Source: Acidobacteriota bacterium (GTDB lineage: Bacteria; Acidobacteriota; UBA890; WLXD01). Taken from it: a stretch of 64,000 bases of DNA. The notes under the pieces were generated by a model. The model was not told the DNA's origin and made no database searches. It saw nothing but the letters and a program-made list of their open reading frames with translations. Shown piece by piece: positions 56,640-64,000 of the stretch. A program made the translations under genes and the position numbers. The stretch lies in contig CBDFKD010000002.1 of the NCBI GenBank assembly GCA_965248695.1, forward strand, positions 768,001 to 832,000. The letters run 5' to 3'. Each line of letters opens with the position of its first letter. Position 1 is the first letter of the stretch.

Positions 56640-57860
56640 TCAGCTCTCGATGAGCGCAATGAGCCGGTCGACGGCCTCCTTCACGAAGGCCGGGTCTTCA
56701 GCATGCAGGTCCCTCTCGAGCAGCTCGATGTTGTCCGGCAGGCCTGACTTGATCTCGGCCAGGAACGCCGCGTCGCCCTCGGGGTCGTGCAGCTCGGCGC
56801 CTTCGACCCCGTACCGGCTCGTGCCGCGGTTGGGCATCATGAAGTAGGCCTTGTCTGTCGTGTGCGAGAGGCGTCTGTTGACCTCCCTGGCGACCTCGAC
56901 CATCTCGGAAGCCTTGAGTCGGATAGCCAGGATGATGGGGTTGTGGAAGGCGACGTCGTAGCCTTCGTAGCGCGCCGGAATCGTGTTGGGCTCGGTCAGC
57001 AGACCGATGTGTTCCAAGCCCCCCGGGCAGATCACCTGCGGCAATCCCAGCTTCCCGGCTACCGTCAGCCGCTCCGGGCCGGCGGCGCGCAGACCGTCGT
57101 ACATCTCGTCCGGAATCTCGCCTAGGCCGTAATCGAAGACGGCGCCGATGAGACCGTCCTTCATCATCTGCTCCATCGCCCGCCCGCCGGAGCCGACGGC
57201 GTGGAAGACGATCACCTCATAGCCGGCGTCGTGGAAGTACTGGACGGCAAGCATGGCTCCATCCGTGAGCACGCCCAGGTTCGTCATGCCGATGAGCGGC
57301 TTGGCGCCCGGGGCGATGTCGAGCTTGACCTCCGAACAGGCCATGCCATGCACGGCCGCAGCGGCGTTGGCGAGGATCTTCCTGGTGACCGGGTTGAGCC
57401 CCAGGATGTCGCCGACGCTGAACATCATCGTGATGTCCTTGATGCCCACGAACGCCGAGGTGTCGCCGGAGGCCGCCGTCGACACCATCACCTTGGGGAA
57501 GCCGTACGGCAGTCCCTGCATGACGTCGGCGCAGTTCGAGGTGCCCTGGGTGCCGCCGAGGCCGACAACACCATCGACCGTTCCCTGTGCGATGGCATCC
57601 AACACCAGGCGCATGGCGCCGGCGATCATCACCGGCGAGGCCGCTTGCCGTGTGGGAGCCTCGAGGATCTCCTGCAGCGACGTTCCGCCGGCTGCCGCGA
57701 CCTCCGCCCGTGATACGTGCGGTTCGGTGGTCGGATCTCCCACCACGCCGATATCCACCAGCATCGTTGCGCTGCCCAGCGACTCGATCTGGTCGGCCAG
57801 GAAACGAGCCTCGGGTCCCTTGGTGTCGAGGGTGGCCAGCACCGCGATGGTCGTGGTCAT
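56640..57860 (-). CDS. Tm-1-like ATP-binding domain protein (UPF0261)
   Basis: TLDTKG.E, GGTQGT, LPYGFPKVMVST, FHAVGSGGRAME, ERL. Confidence 0.9.
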   Translation of the reverse strand: MTTTIAVLATLDTKGPEARFLADQIESLGSATMLVDIGVVGDPTTEPHVSRAEVAAAGGTSLQEILEAPTRQAASPVMIAGAMRLVLDAIAQGTVDGVVGLGGTQGTSNCADVMQGLPYGFPKVMVSTAASGDTSAFVGIKDITMMFSVGDILGLNPVTRKILANAAAAVHGMACSEVKLDIAPGAKPLIGMTNLGVLTDGAMLAVQYFHDAGYEVIVFHAVGSGGRAMEQMMKDGLIGAVFDYGLGEIPDEMYDGLRAAGPERLTVAGKLGLPQVICPGGLEHIGLLTEPNTIPARYEGYDVAFHNPIILAIRLKASEMVEVAREVNRRLSHTTDKAYFMMPNRGTSRYGVEGAELHDPEGDAAFLAEIKSGLPDNIELLERDLHAEDPAFVKEAVDRLIALIES

Positions 57861-57869
57861 GTCACGGGC

Positions 57870-58727
57870 TCAAGCGTTGAAGGCCAGCTGGCGGAACTCG
57901 GCCGCGGTGGCCAGCACGGCGCGCTCGATGGGCAGACGCTCGGTCGACGAGCCGGTCCAGAACCCGTGCCCAGTGGTGTGGTCGAGCATGTATTGCGCGT
58001 CCTCCGGGTTTTCCATGGCAGCGCCGTGCGCGATCAGGATGGTCTCCGGATTGATCTCGCGGACCCTGGCGTACACTTCCTCGGTGCGCTCCGCGGTGAC
58101 GTCGATCGTCTCGCCGGAGTCGTAGCCGCGGATGCCGCCCTTGGTCGTTCCGGCGTGGAAGCAGAAGACATCCGGCGCGGCCGCCTCGATCATGCGGACG
58201 CTATCTTCCATGTCGAAGGCGAGACCGACGCTCACCATGTCCATCTCTCGGGTCAGCTTGAGCATGTCGATCTCTACCTGAAAGGTGATGCCGCTCTGCC
58301 GCAGCACGTTGCGTAGGTTGGAGTCCTTGTCGACGTAGCTTACCGACGGGCCGATGTTGGAGGCGCTCTCGACGCCCATGTTCTTGAGGTCCTGCAGCAC
58401 CGTGCGCATGTCGCGCAGCGGATCGTTCGGGTTGAGACAGGCGCAGATAAAAGCGTCGCCCTTGATCGCCGGCAGGATGTCCTGCCGGGTGTAGTCGAGC
58501 GTCTGCTTGTTGGAGTCGATGTTGGGCCACATCATCGACATCGTTCCCCAACCGTTGGACCGCAGGCGCGCGCCACAGAACGTATTGATGCAATCGACGC
58601 CGGCCTGCTCGAGCAACTTGGCCACCAGCCCACTACCGGCGCTCGAGATCATGATCGGTGTGCGTGCGTCGAGCTTCTTCTGCAGCTTCTGGAGGATTTC
58701 CTGGCGCGAAGTACGAGGCGAGATCAT
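57870..58727 (-). CDS. TIM-barrel protein (PEP-hydrolase-like, Tm-1 C-terminal type)
   Basis: AGSGLVAK, H.G.T.GG..G, HG, GF..GSSTERLPIERA. Start trimmed to MISPR. Confidence 0.87.
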   Translation of the reverse strand: MISPRTSRQEILQKLQKKLDARTPIMISSAGSGLVAKLLEQAGVDCINTFCGARLRSNGWGTMSMMWPNIDSNKQTLDYTRQDILPAIKGDAFICACLNPNDPLRDMRTVLQDLKNMGVESASNIGPSVSYVDKDSNLRNVLRQSGITFQVEIDMLKLTREMDMVSVGLAFDMEDSVRMIEAAAPDVFCFHAGTTKGGIRGYDSGETIDVTAERTEEVYARVREINPETILIAHGAAMENPEDAQYMLDHTTGHGFWTGSSTERLPIERAVLATAAEFRQLAFNA

Positions 58728-58818
58728 GTCGGGTCCCTTTCGTCGTCGGTGGGTACGGCTGGAGCTTTGCGAGAGTATTCGATCACGTGTCAGATGCAAC
58801 GCGCTGGCTGCCGATGGC

Positions 58819-59004
58819 TCAGATCCGTAGGATCCGCGCCCACGATGGCCAGAGAGGCGTTGGGGCGCTCCGACCACGGGCGTCTTTGTCGGAGGTCACG
58901 CCGTGGCCGATGACGACGATGTCGCTCGCGTGCGCGGCCCCGGGAGTGAAGGAGAAGGCCAACCGCTTGCCCTGTGTATTCTCGATCCGCTGCGGGATAT
59001 TCAT
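58819..59004 (-). pseudogene. Truncated N-terminus of an alpha/beta hydrolase
   Basis: MNIPQRIENTQGKRLAFSFTPGAAHASDIVVIGHGVTSDKD resembles a hydrolase N-terminus (N..G.RL...VV.GHG), then degenerates. Confidence 0.45.
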
Positions 59005-59107
59005 GATTGACGGCATGCTATCGTCCGCCGATATGGAGGACGCTGGCGACGAGACGCACGCTCAGGACGATGCGAGCAGGCGCAACCGGCTTTCGGGAGA
59101 GGGAGTC

Positions 59108-59710
59108 ATGGCAGAGGCCGCACGCAGGATCAGGAAGCTCGAGGATCTGACCGAGGCGGATATCCAGCGCATGGACGAGCTTTCGGAGCAGATGCGCCCC
59201 CCGCCGGGGGAGATCTTGCTCGAGCTGCTCAGGCAGATGGAAACGGCGGGGACCGGCGAGTACACCGAGCTCGACATGGTGACGGTGTACGAGCACAGCC
59301 TGCAGGCGGCAACTCGAGCCCATCATGCCGGCGAGGACGAGGAGATGATCGTCGTCGCGCTGCTGCACGACGTTGCCGACCAGCTATCGCCCTACAATCA
59401 CGATGATGTCGGTGCCGAGATCCTGCGCCCGTATGTCTCCGACAATCACTATTGGATGCTCAAGCACCACGGCATCTTCCAGCTGTTCCACATTCGCAAG
59501 GGCACGGACCAGGATCGCAACGCACGTGATGAGTATCGCGATCATCCGGCCTACAAGCAGACGGTGCGGTTCTGTGCCAAGTACGACCAGACCGCGTTCG
59601 ATCCCGATTACGAATCGCTGCCGCTGAGCTTTTTCGAGCCCATGGTGATGCGGGTGATCAATCCAGAGCGCGCCCGGGCATTCGAGTCGTCGCGGTTCGG
59701 TGACGCCTGA
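59108..59710 (+). CDS. HD-domain protein (PhnZ-like)
   Basis: EHSLQAATRA, ALLHD, NH, HH motifs; GAGGGAG RBS before ATG 59108. Confidence 0.88.
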   Translation: MAEAARRIRKLEDLTEADIQRMDELSEQMRPPPGEILLELLRQMETAGTGEYTELDMVTVYEHSLQAATRAHHAGEDEEMIVVALLHDVADQLSPYNHDDVGAEILRPYVSDNHYWMLKHHGIFQLFHIRKGTDQDRNARDEYRDHPAYKQTVRFCAKYDQTAFDPDYESLPLSFFEPMVMRVINPERARAFESSRFGDA

Positions 59711-59734
59711 GGATTTTCATCTTGCCTATCGCCG

Positions 59735-61249
59735 CTAGCGCCGGCTCACCGACGCCCAGTGGGTCAGTGCGTTACCCACCCGGACCGCCGGCGTAGAAAG
59801 GGCCGTCAGGGACCCGTTCATAACGTTGTCCCGCAAGCGCAGCTCGAGGCTTAGAAGGTGGGGTGTGCGGTTGGCGTCCTCGGTGCCGAGGTCGCCGCTG
59901 AACGAGCCCCGCAGGGTACCGGCGTCGAAGCGGGAGCGGTTGAGCAACGTCCATAACTGCGTGCCGAGCTTCACGTGAACGTGTCCTTGCGGGGTGATAG
60001 CTAGCCGCAGCGGGATCGAACCCAGATAGGTGACGACCTCACCGGCCCAGCTACCCTCGATGGCGCGTTTCGGGGTAGCGGGCGGCGACTCTGGGCCCCA
60101 CGGCGGTGGGCCGCTGCGATCGCCCGTCGGTGGCGGAGTTGTTGGCCGGACGCGGCGCGGGAAAAGAGTGGCCCAGATCATGTTGCTGATGTAGTCGGTC
60201 AACGGGACAGCGGCGTTGATCAACACCACCAACGCGGCATTCTCGTCGGGTGCGATCGCCAGCTCGGTGCGGACGCCGCCCATGCCGCCGCCGTGGCGCG
60301 CAACGCGGATGCCGCCGGGTAGCTCCCGGATCGTCCAGCCGAGGCCGTATTCCGTCCGCGGCGAGGATCGTGCCACAGGATCATGCGTCAGATCGATGGA
60401 CTCGTCCGAGAGAATTGGACGCTGTTCCGGCAAACGGTTCTTGAGGTGGAACATCCCGAATCGAATCAGATCGTGGGCGCTGCTGAAAACGGCCGACCCC
60501 CCCGGGTGATCGAAGTCGTAAAACGGGATGCGGCTCTGGTCGCTGGCGTAGCGGGTTGCAGCGAACAATTCCATGCCATCGCCGATGTGGATGGAGGTTC
60601 GGGTTAGCCCCAGGGGTGTGAACACTTCGTCGCGCATGTAGTCGGGGTAGGAGCGGCCGGAGACCCGCTCGATGATGGTGTCGAGGATGCCGTAGCCGAG
60701 GTTGGAGTAGTGCCAGCGCTCGTCGGGCGCGGTGACGAGGTTTGCGTAGCGGCGGATCGTCTCGTCCATTGGCGGCCGTCGGTACGGCTGGTCGCGGTAG
60801 AAGAACTGGTAGTGGAGCGGCAGGCCAGCGGTGTGGGCGGCGACGCGTCGGACGGTCGCCAGGCGGGCGTCGAAGGCTCGGCCGTTGATCTTGGCGTCGC
60901 CGAGATAGTCGTTCACCGGGACGTCCAGATCGACGAGGCCTCGCTCCACCAAGATCATCAGACCGGTGGCGGTGATCGGCTTGGAGATCGATGCCAGCGA
61001 GTACATCGTGTGCTCCGTGGCCGCAATGCGCCCCTCGCGATCGGCCCATCCGAATCCCTGCTCCCATGCGATCTCACCATCTCTAGCGACGGCCACGGCG
61101 ATCGACGGCACGTCGTAGTCGACGAGCGCACGCTCGATCGCGTCAGCGACGTCCTCGAACTCGGCGGCAGTTTGCGCCACGGTTGGCACGGACATCGAGA
61201 AGATTGGCGCCGCGACAAGCAGCGCCAACAGTGCCGAGAAACGTCGCAT
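59735..61249 (-). CDS. Serine hydrolase, beta-lactamase/AmpC-like fold
   Basis: Signal peptide; SISK, HTAGL, YSN, YGLGW, HGGG. Confidence 0.92.
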   Translation of the reverse strand: MRRFSALLALLVAAPIFSMSVPTVAQTAAEFEDVADAIERALVDYDVPSIAVAVARDGEIAWEQGFGWADREGRIAATEHTMYSLASISKPITATGLMILVERGLVDLDVPVNDYLGDAKINGRAFDARLATVRRVAAHTAGLPLHYQFFYRDQPYRRPPMDETIRRYANLVTAPDERWHYSNLGYGILDTIIERVSGRSYPDYMRDEVFTPLGLTRTSIHIGDGMELFAATRYASDQSRIPFYDFDHPGGSAVFSSAHDLIRFGMFHLKNRLPEQRPILSDESIDLTHDPVARSSPRTEYGLGWTIRELPGGIRVARHGGGMGGVRTELAIAPDENAALVVLINAAVPLTDYISNMIWATLFPRRVRPTTPPPTGDRSGPPPWGPESPPATPKRAIEGSWAGEVVTYLGSIPLRLAITPQGHVHVKLGTQLWTLLNRSRFDAGTLRGSFSGDLGTEDANRTPHLLSLELRLRDNVMNGSLTALSTPAVRVGNALTHWASVSRR

Positions 61250-61656
61250 CAGATCTTCTCGTTACGTGGCGGGGGCTGGGGAGCCGGTCGAGCAGGGTCG
61301 CTGCTTGGGGCTTCGAGCTTGGCGAGGCTCTTCTTCGGAGCGATGAGCCGATAGCTCTCCAGAATGAGCTCGCGCACATCGTCCCAGTCCTCGACGTCGG
61401 TGGCGTCCATCGATACCCAGCCATGCTTGCCGACGTATGGTGCCGGCCAGAAATTCGGGTCCTCGACGATCTGGCGCGCGGTGTCCTTCTCGAGCTTGAA
61501 GCCGATGACGGTCTTGCCCTTCTCGTCGCCATAGCCGGCGAAGATCTTGTCGCCGACGCGGAAATACGGCTCGCCCCAGGTCTCGGTCTCCTTGGTGTCG
61601 GGCAGGGCGAGACAGATCTCTCGTAACCTGGTCAGCGACGCGGGGGCATCGGTCAT
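61249..61656 (-). CDS. MmcQ/YjbR family DNA-binding protein
   Basis: CLALP, FRVGDKIFA, APYVGKHGWV, ESYRLIAPK. Confidence 0.9.
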   Translation of the reverse strand: MTDAPASLTRLREICLALPDTKETETWGEPYFRVGDKIFAGYGDEKGKTVIGFKLEKDTARQIVEDPNFWPAPYVGKHGWVSMDATDVEDWDDVRELILESYRLIAPKKSLAKLEAPSSDPARPAPQPPPRNEKI

Positions 61657-61665
61657 CGATCTATC

Positions 61666-62970
61666 TCAGGCTCCGGCGGCGCTGGCCCTCGATTGGCGAG
61701 CCACGTAGAACAGCGTAGCGGCGCCAATCATCGCCCCCACCGCGATCCAATCGGCGAGGGCCGCCTGCCACAGGAGCCACAGAATCACTGCTGCTGCCAG
61801 GCCCGGGATCAGCGGACCCCCTGGGAGCTTGAACACTCTGTCTGAGGCCCGCACGTCGCGACGTCGGAGCTCAACCGTAGTAGCGACTGTCGCCAGGTAG
61901 ACGAGCAGGACGGCCACTGTCGACAGGATCGCGAGGGATTGAAAGGCACCAGTCGCGGCGAATGCGAACGCCATCAGACCGTAGAACGCGATCGCCACAT
62001 GTGGTGTGCGGAAGGTCGGGTGAATGGCGGCAAGCCGTGTCGGCAGGATCCCGTCGCGCGCCGAGGCGTACACTGCTCGCGGCGATCCGAGGAGGTCTCC
62101 CACGCAGGTAGCGAACATGGAAATCGCGGCACCAGCGAGCAGGATTGTTGCTCCCAGACCGCCGACCATGGTTTGCGCCGTGACCGCGAGCGGTGCCTCC
62201 GTCTCGTTCGCCAGCTGCGCTCCGAGCACGCCCTGGGCGACGATTTGAAGGCCGAGGTAAAGGGCAAGGATCCCCGCTACGCCGGAGAGGAGGCCGAGGG
62301 GAACCGTGCGCGCCGGATCGCGGATCTCGCCGCTCGGTGTGAGGGACGCTTCCGCACCCCCGAAAGCGAAGAACAGCATCAGCGTTGCGGCACCGAAAGT
62401 GCCAAGGGACGGAACTGTATCGATCGCCAGGTTCTCGGCGCGAATAAAGAACGACCCGATCAGAACCAGGCCGACGAGGGGCAGGAGCTTTATGAGGGTC
62501 AGAATCTCGACCGCTCGCGCACCGCGCTTGGCTCCACGGATGTTGATCCAGGCCAGCCCCGTGAACATCGCGCCGAGAAAAGCGAGGCGCGGAACTTGCT
62601 GGTGCAGCACCGGCACGACGCTGCTCAACGTGTCGAGCAGCCCGTTCGCAACCGCGGCGATGGAGACGGTCGCATATGCCAGCCAGTACAGCGTGCTGAC
62701 CAGGAAGCCGGCTAACGGGCCGAACGCGGCTTCGACGTAGGCACATGCTCCGCCGGATTCGAACACGCGACTCCCGGACTCCGCGAAGCACAGCAGGATG
62801 AGGAACATCGCCGCACCGCAGACTAGATATGCCAATACTGCGGCCGTGCCGAGCTGAGCGGCCACCAGTGCCGGTAGCAGAAAAATCCCGGCGCCAACGG
62901 TCATGTTGATCGTGTTCGCCGCCAGCGCACGTACGCCGATGACGCGCTGAAGCGACGGCCGATCCGTCAT
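61666..62970 (-). CDS. APC-family amino acid permease
   Basis: VGAGIF, FAFGGAE, EIRDPARTVP, HPTFRTPH. Confidence 0.92.
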   Translation of the reverse strand: MTDRPSLQRVIGVRALAANTINMTVGAGIFLLPALVAAQLGTAAVLAYLVCGAAMFLILLCFAESGSRVFESGGACAYVEAAFGPLAGFLVSTLYWLAYATVSIAAVANGLLDTLSSVVPVLHQQVPRLAFLGAMFTGLAWINIRGAKRGARAVEILTLIKLLPLVGLVLIGSFFIRAENLAIDTVPSLGTFGAATLMLFFAFGGAEASLTPSGEIRDPARTVPLGLLSGVAGILALYLGLQIVAQGVLGAQLANETEAPLAVTAQTMVGGLGATILLAGAAISMFATCVGDLLGSPRAVYASARDGILPTRLAAIHPTFRTPHVAIAFYGLMAFAFAATGAFQSLAILSTVAVLLVYLATVATTVELRRRDVRASDRVFKLPGGPLIPGLAAAVILWLLWQAALADWIAVGAMIGAATLFYVARQSRASAAGA

Positions 62971-63437
62971 GTGGCCTGCCCGCCAGCCCGCCCTAGGAAA
63001 TCGAGTGCCTCCGTGGCGGCTTCGAGGACGCCGAGCTCGGACTCGTCCAGACGCTCGAGCTCCGCAGCAATCCGCTCGAGGCGGCGCCGGCGGGCGGCAT
63101 CCATCATCCTGCGCCCTTTCGCTGTGGCATGAACGATTACTCGGCGACGGTCCGAGGTGGCGCGCTCTCTACGGACCAGACCGGCTTCCTCGAGCGGGTT
63201 GAGGATCCGGGAGATGGCGGGCGCCGAGACCATCTCGGCTCCGGCGAGCTCCCCGACAGTTCTGGCTCCCGCGAAGCACAGGACCGAAAGCAGGGAGAGG
63301 CGCTCCGGACTCAAACCGGTCGTCTGGTCGGCGGTTCGGGCTCGACGCAGCAGGTGAATGGCGGCGGAGTGAAGCCGGTTGGCGATCCGGGTTACCCGAG
63401 TGTCGGCGAGGCCGGTCGGGATCGGCGGGCTTGACAT
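62967..63437 (-). CDS. MarR-family transcriptional regulator
   Basis: GELA..E.VS.PAISR....LE..GLV.R....DRR.....T.KG. Confidence 0.92.
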   Translation of the reverse strand: MSSPPIPTGLADTRVTRIANRLHSAAIHLLRRARTADQTTGLSPERLSLLSVLCFAGARTVGELAGAEMVSAPAISRILNPLEEAGLVRRERATSDRRRVIVHATAKGRRMMDAARRRRLERIAAELERLDESELGVLEAATEALDFLGRAGGQAT

Positions 63438-63476
63438 GTGTAGTTAACATTGTTAATGATTAATAGTGTTATTGAT
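63431..63476. promoter_or_regulatory. Divergent promoter with tandem palindromic operator (likely MarR)
   Basis: TTGACA at 63431; perfect palindrome TTAACA-T-TGTTAA at 63444-63456; imperfect second copy 16 bp downstream. Confidence 0.7.
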
Positions 63477-63525
63477 TGTAGTCCGTTCATGTCCCTCGCT
63501 ACAACCCGGAGCTTGGGGAGAGACC

Positions 63526-63909
63526 GTGGCCAACGACCTGCGCATCGACACCATCGGGCAGATCCACATCAGCGTCGACGACGTTCAACGCGCCGTCGTG
63601 TTCTATCGCGACGTGCTGGGGATGAAGCTCCTCTTCGAGGTGCCCGGACAGCCGATGGCGTTCTTCGACTGTGGCGGCGTGCGCCTGTATCTGGGGCGGC
63701 CAGAGAATCCCGACTTCCATTCCAGCCCGTTGATTTATTACCGCGTGGACTCGATCGGCGAGGCGCACGAAACGTTGAGGCAGCGTGGCGTGAATTTCGA
63801 CGGCGAGCCGCGCGTCGTGCACCGTACCGAGGACAGCGAGCTGTGGCTGGTGGGCTTCAAGGACCCCGACGGCAACAACGCGTGTTTGATGTGTGAGCGC
63901 CCGCGCTAG
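63526..63909 (+). CDS. VOC/glyoxalase family protein
   Basis: IGQIHISVDD..RAV.FYRDVLG, MAFFDCGGVRL, FKDPDGN; GGAG before GTG 63526. Confidence 0.92.
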   Translation: MANDLRIDTIGQIHISVDDVQRAVVFYRDVLGMKLLFEVPGQPMAFFDCGGVRLYLGRPENPDFHSSPLIYYRVDSIGEAHETLRQRGVNFDGEPRVVHRTEDSELWLVGFKDPDGNNACLMCERPR

Positions 63910-64000
63910 CGGTGATGCTTTTCCACCGTCTGCGACGACCTGGCAGGTGCGGCCGCTAGCTTGACGCCGCGAAGCGATCGTCTATGGCTCGACGATCTTG

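Overview
GC-rich bacterial window with about 55 genes, mostly on the minus strand. The PadR + duplicated MacB-type permease pair, PVA-dehydrogenase-like quinohemoproteins and Tat-exported enzymes suggest Acidobacteriota or a similar lineage (inference only). No rRNA, tRNA or CRISPR array was recognised. The main hidden signal is two candidate selenoprotein genes that the ORF track splits: an AhpC/TSA thioredoxin-fold protein whose CxxC site reads TGA-CCG-AAG-TGA (UxxU, 39695-40207) and a rhodanese lipoprotein with TGA at its catalytic position (26598-27041). Each has a perfect 7-bp hairpin starting exactly 14 nt after the UGA. The rhodanese lies directly downstream of an apparent trans-envelope signalling operon: Met/His-rich outer-membrane barrel, YfiR, CHASE8-type hybrid kinase and REC-PAS-GGDEF-EAL. 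Also present: PhoD with an inserted fibronectin type II-like module, a complete IS256 with a 9-bp target duplication, a GcvT-like gene with two CrtI-like oxidoreductases, a glycan-modification cassette, a sugar catabolic operon, a Tm-1-like/TIM-barrel pair, five single-base lesions in otherwise intact genes, and two gene remnants. All family calls come from motif recognition by eye; no searches were run.
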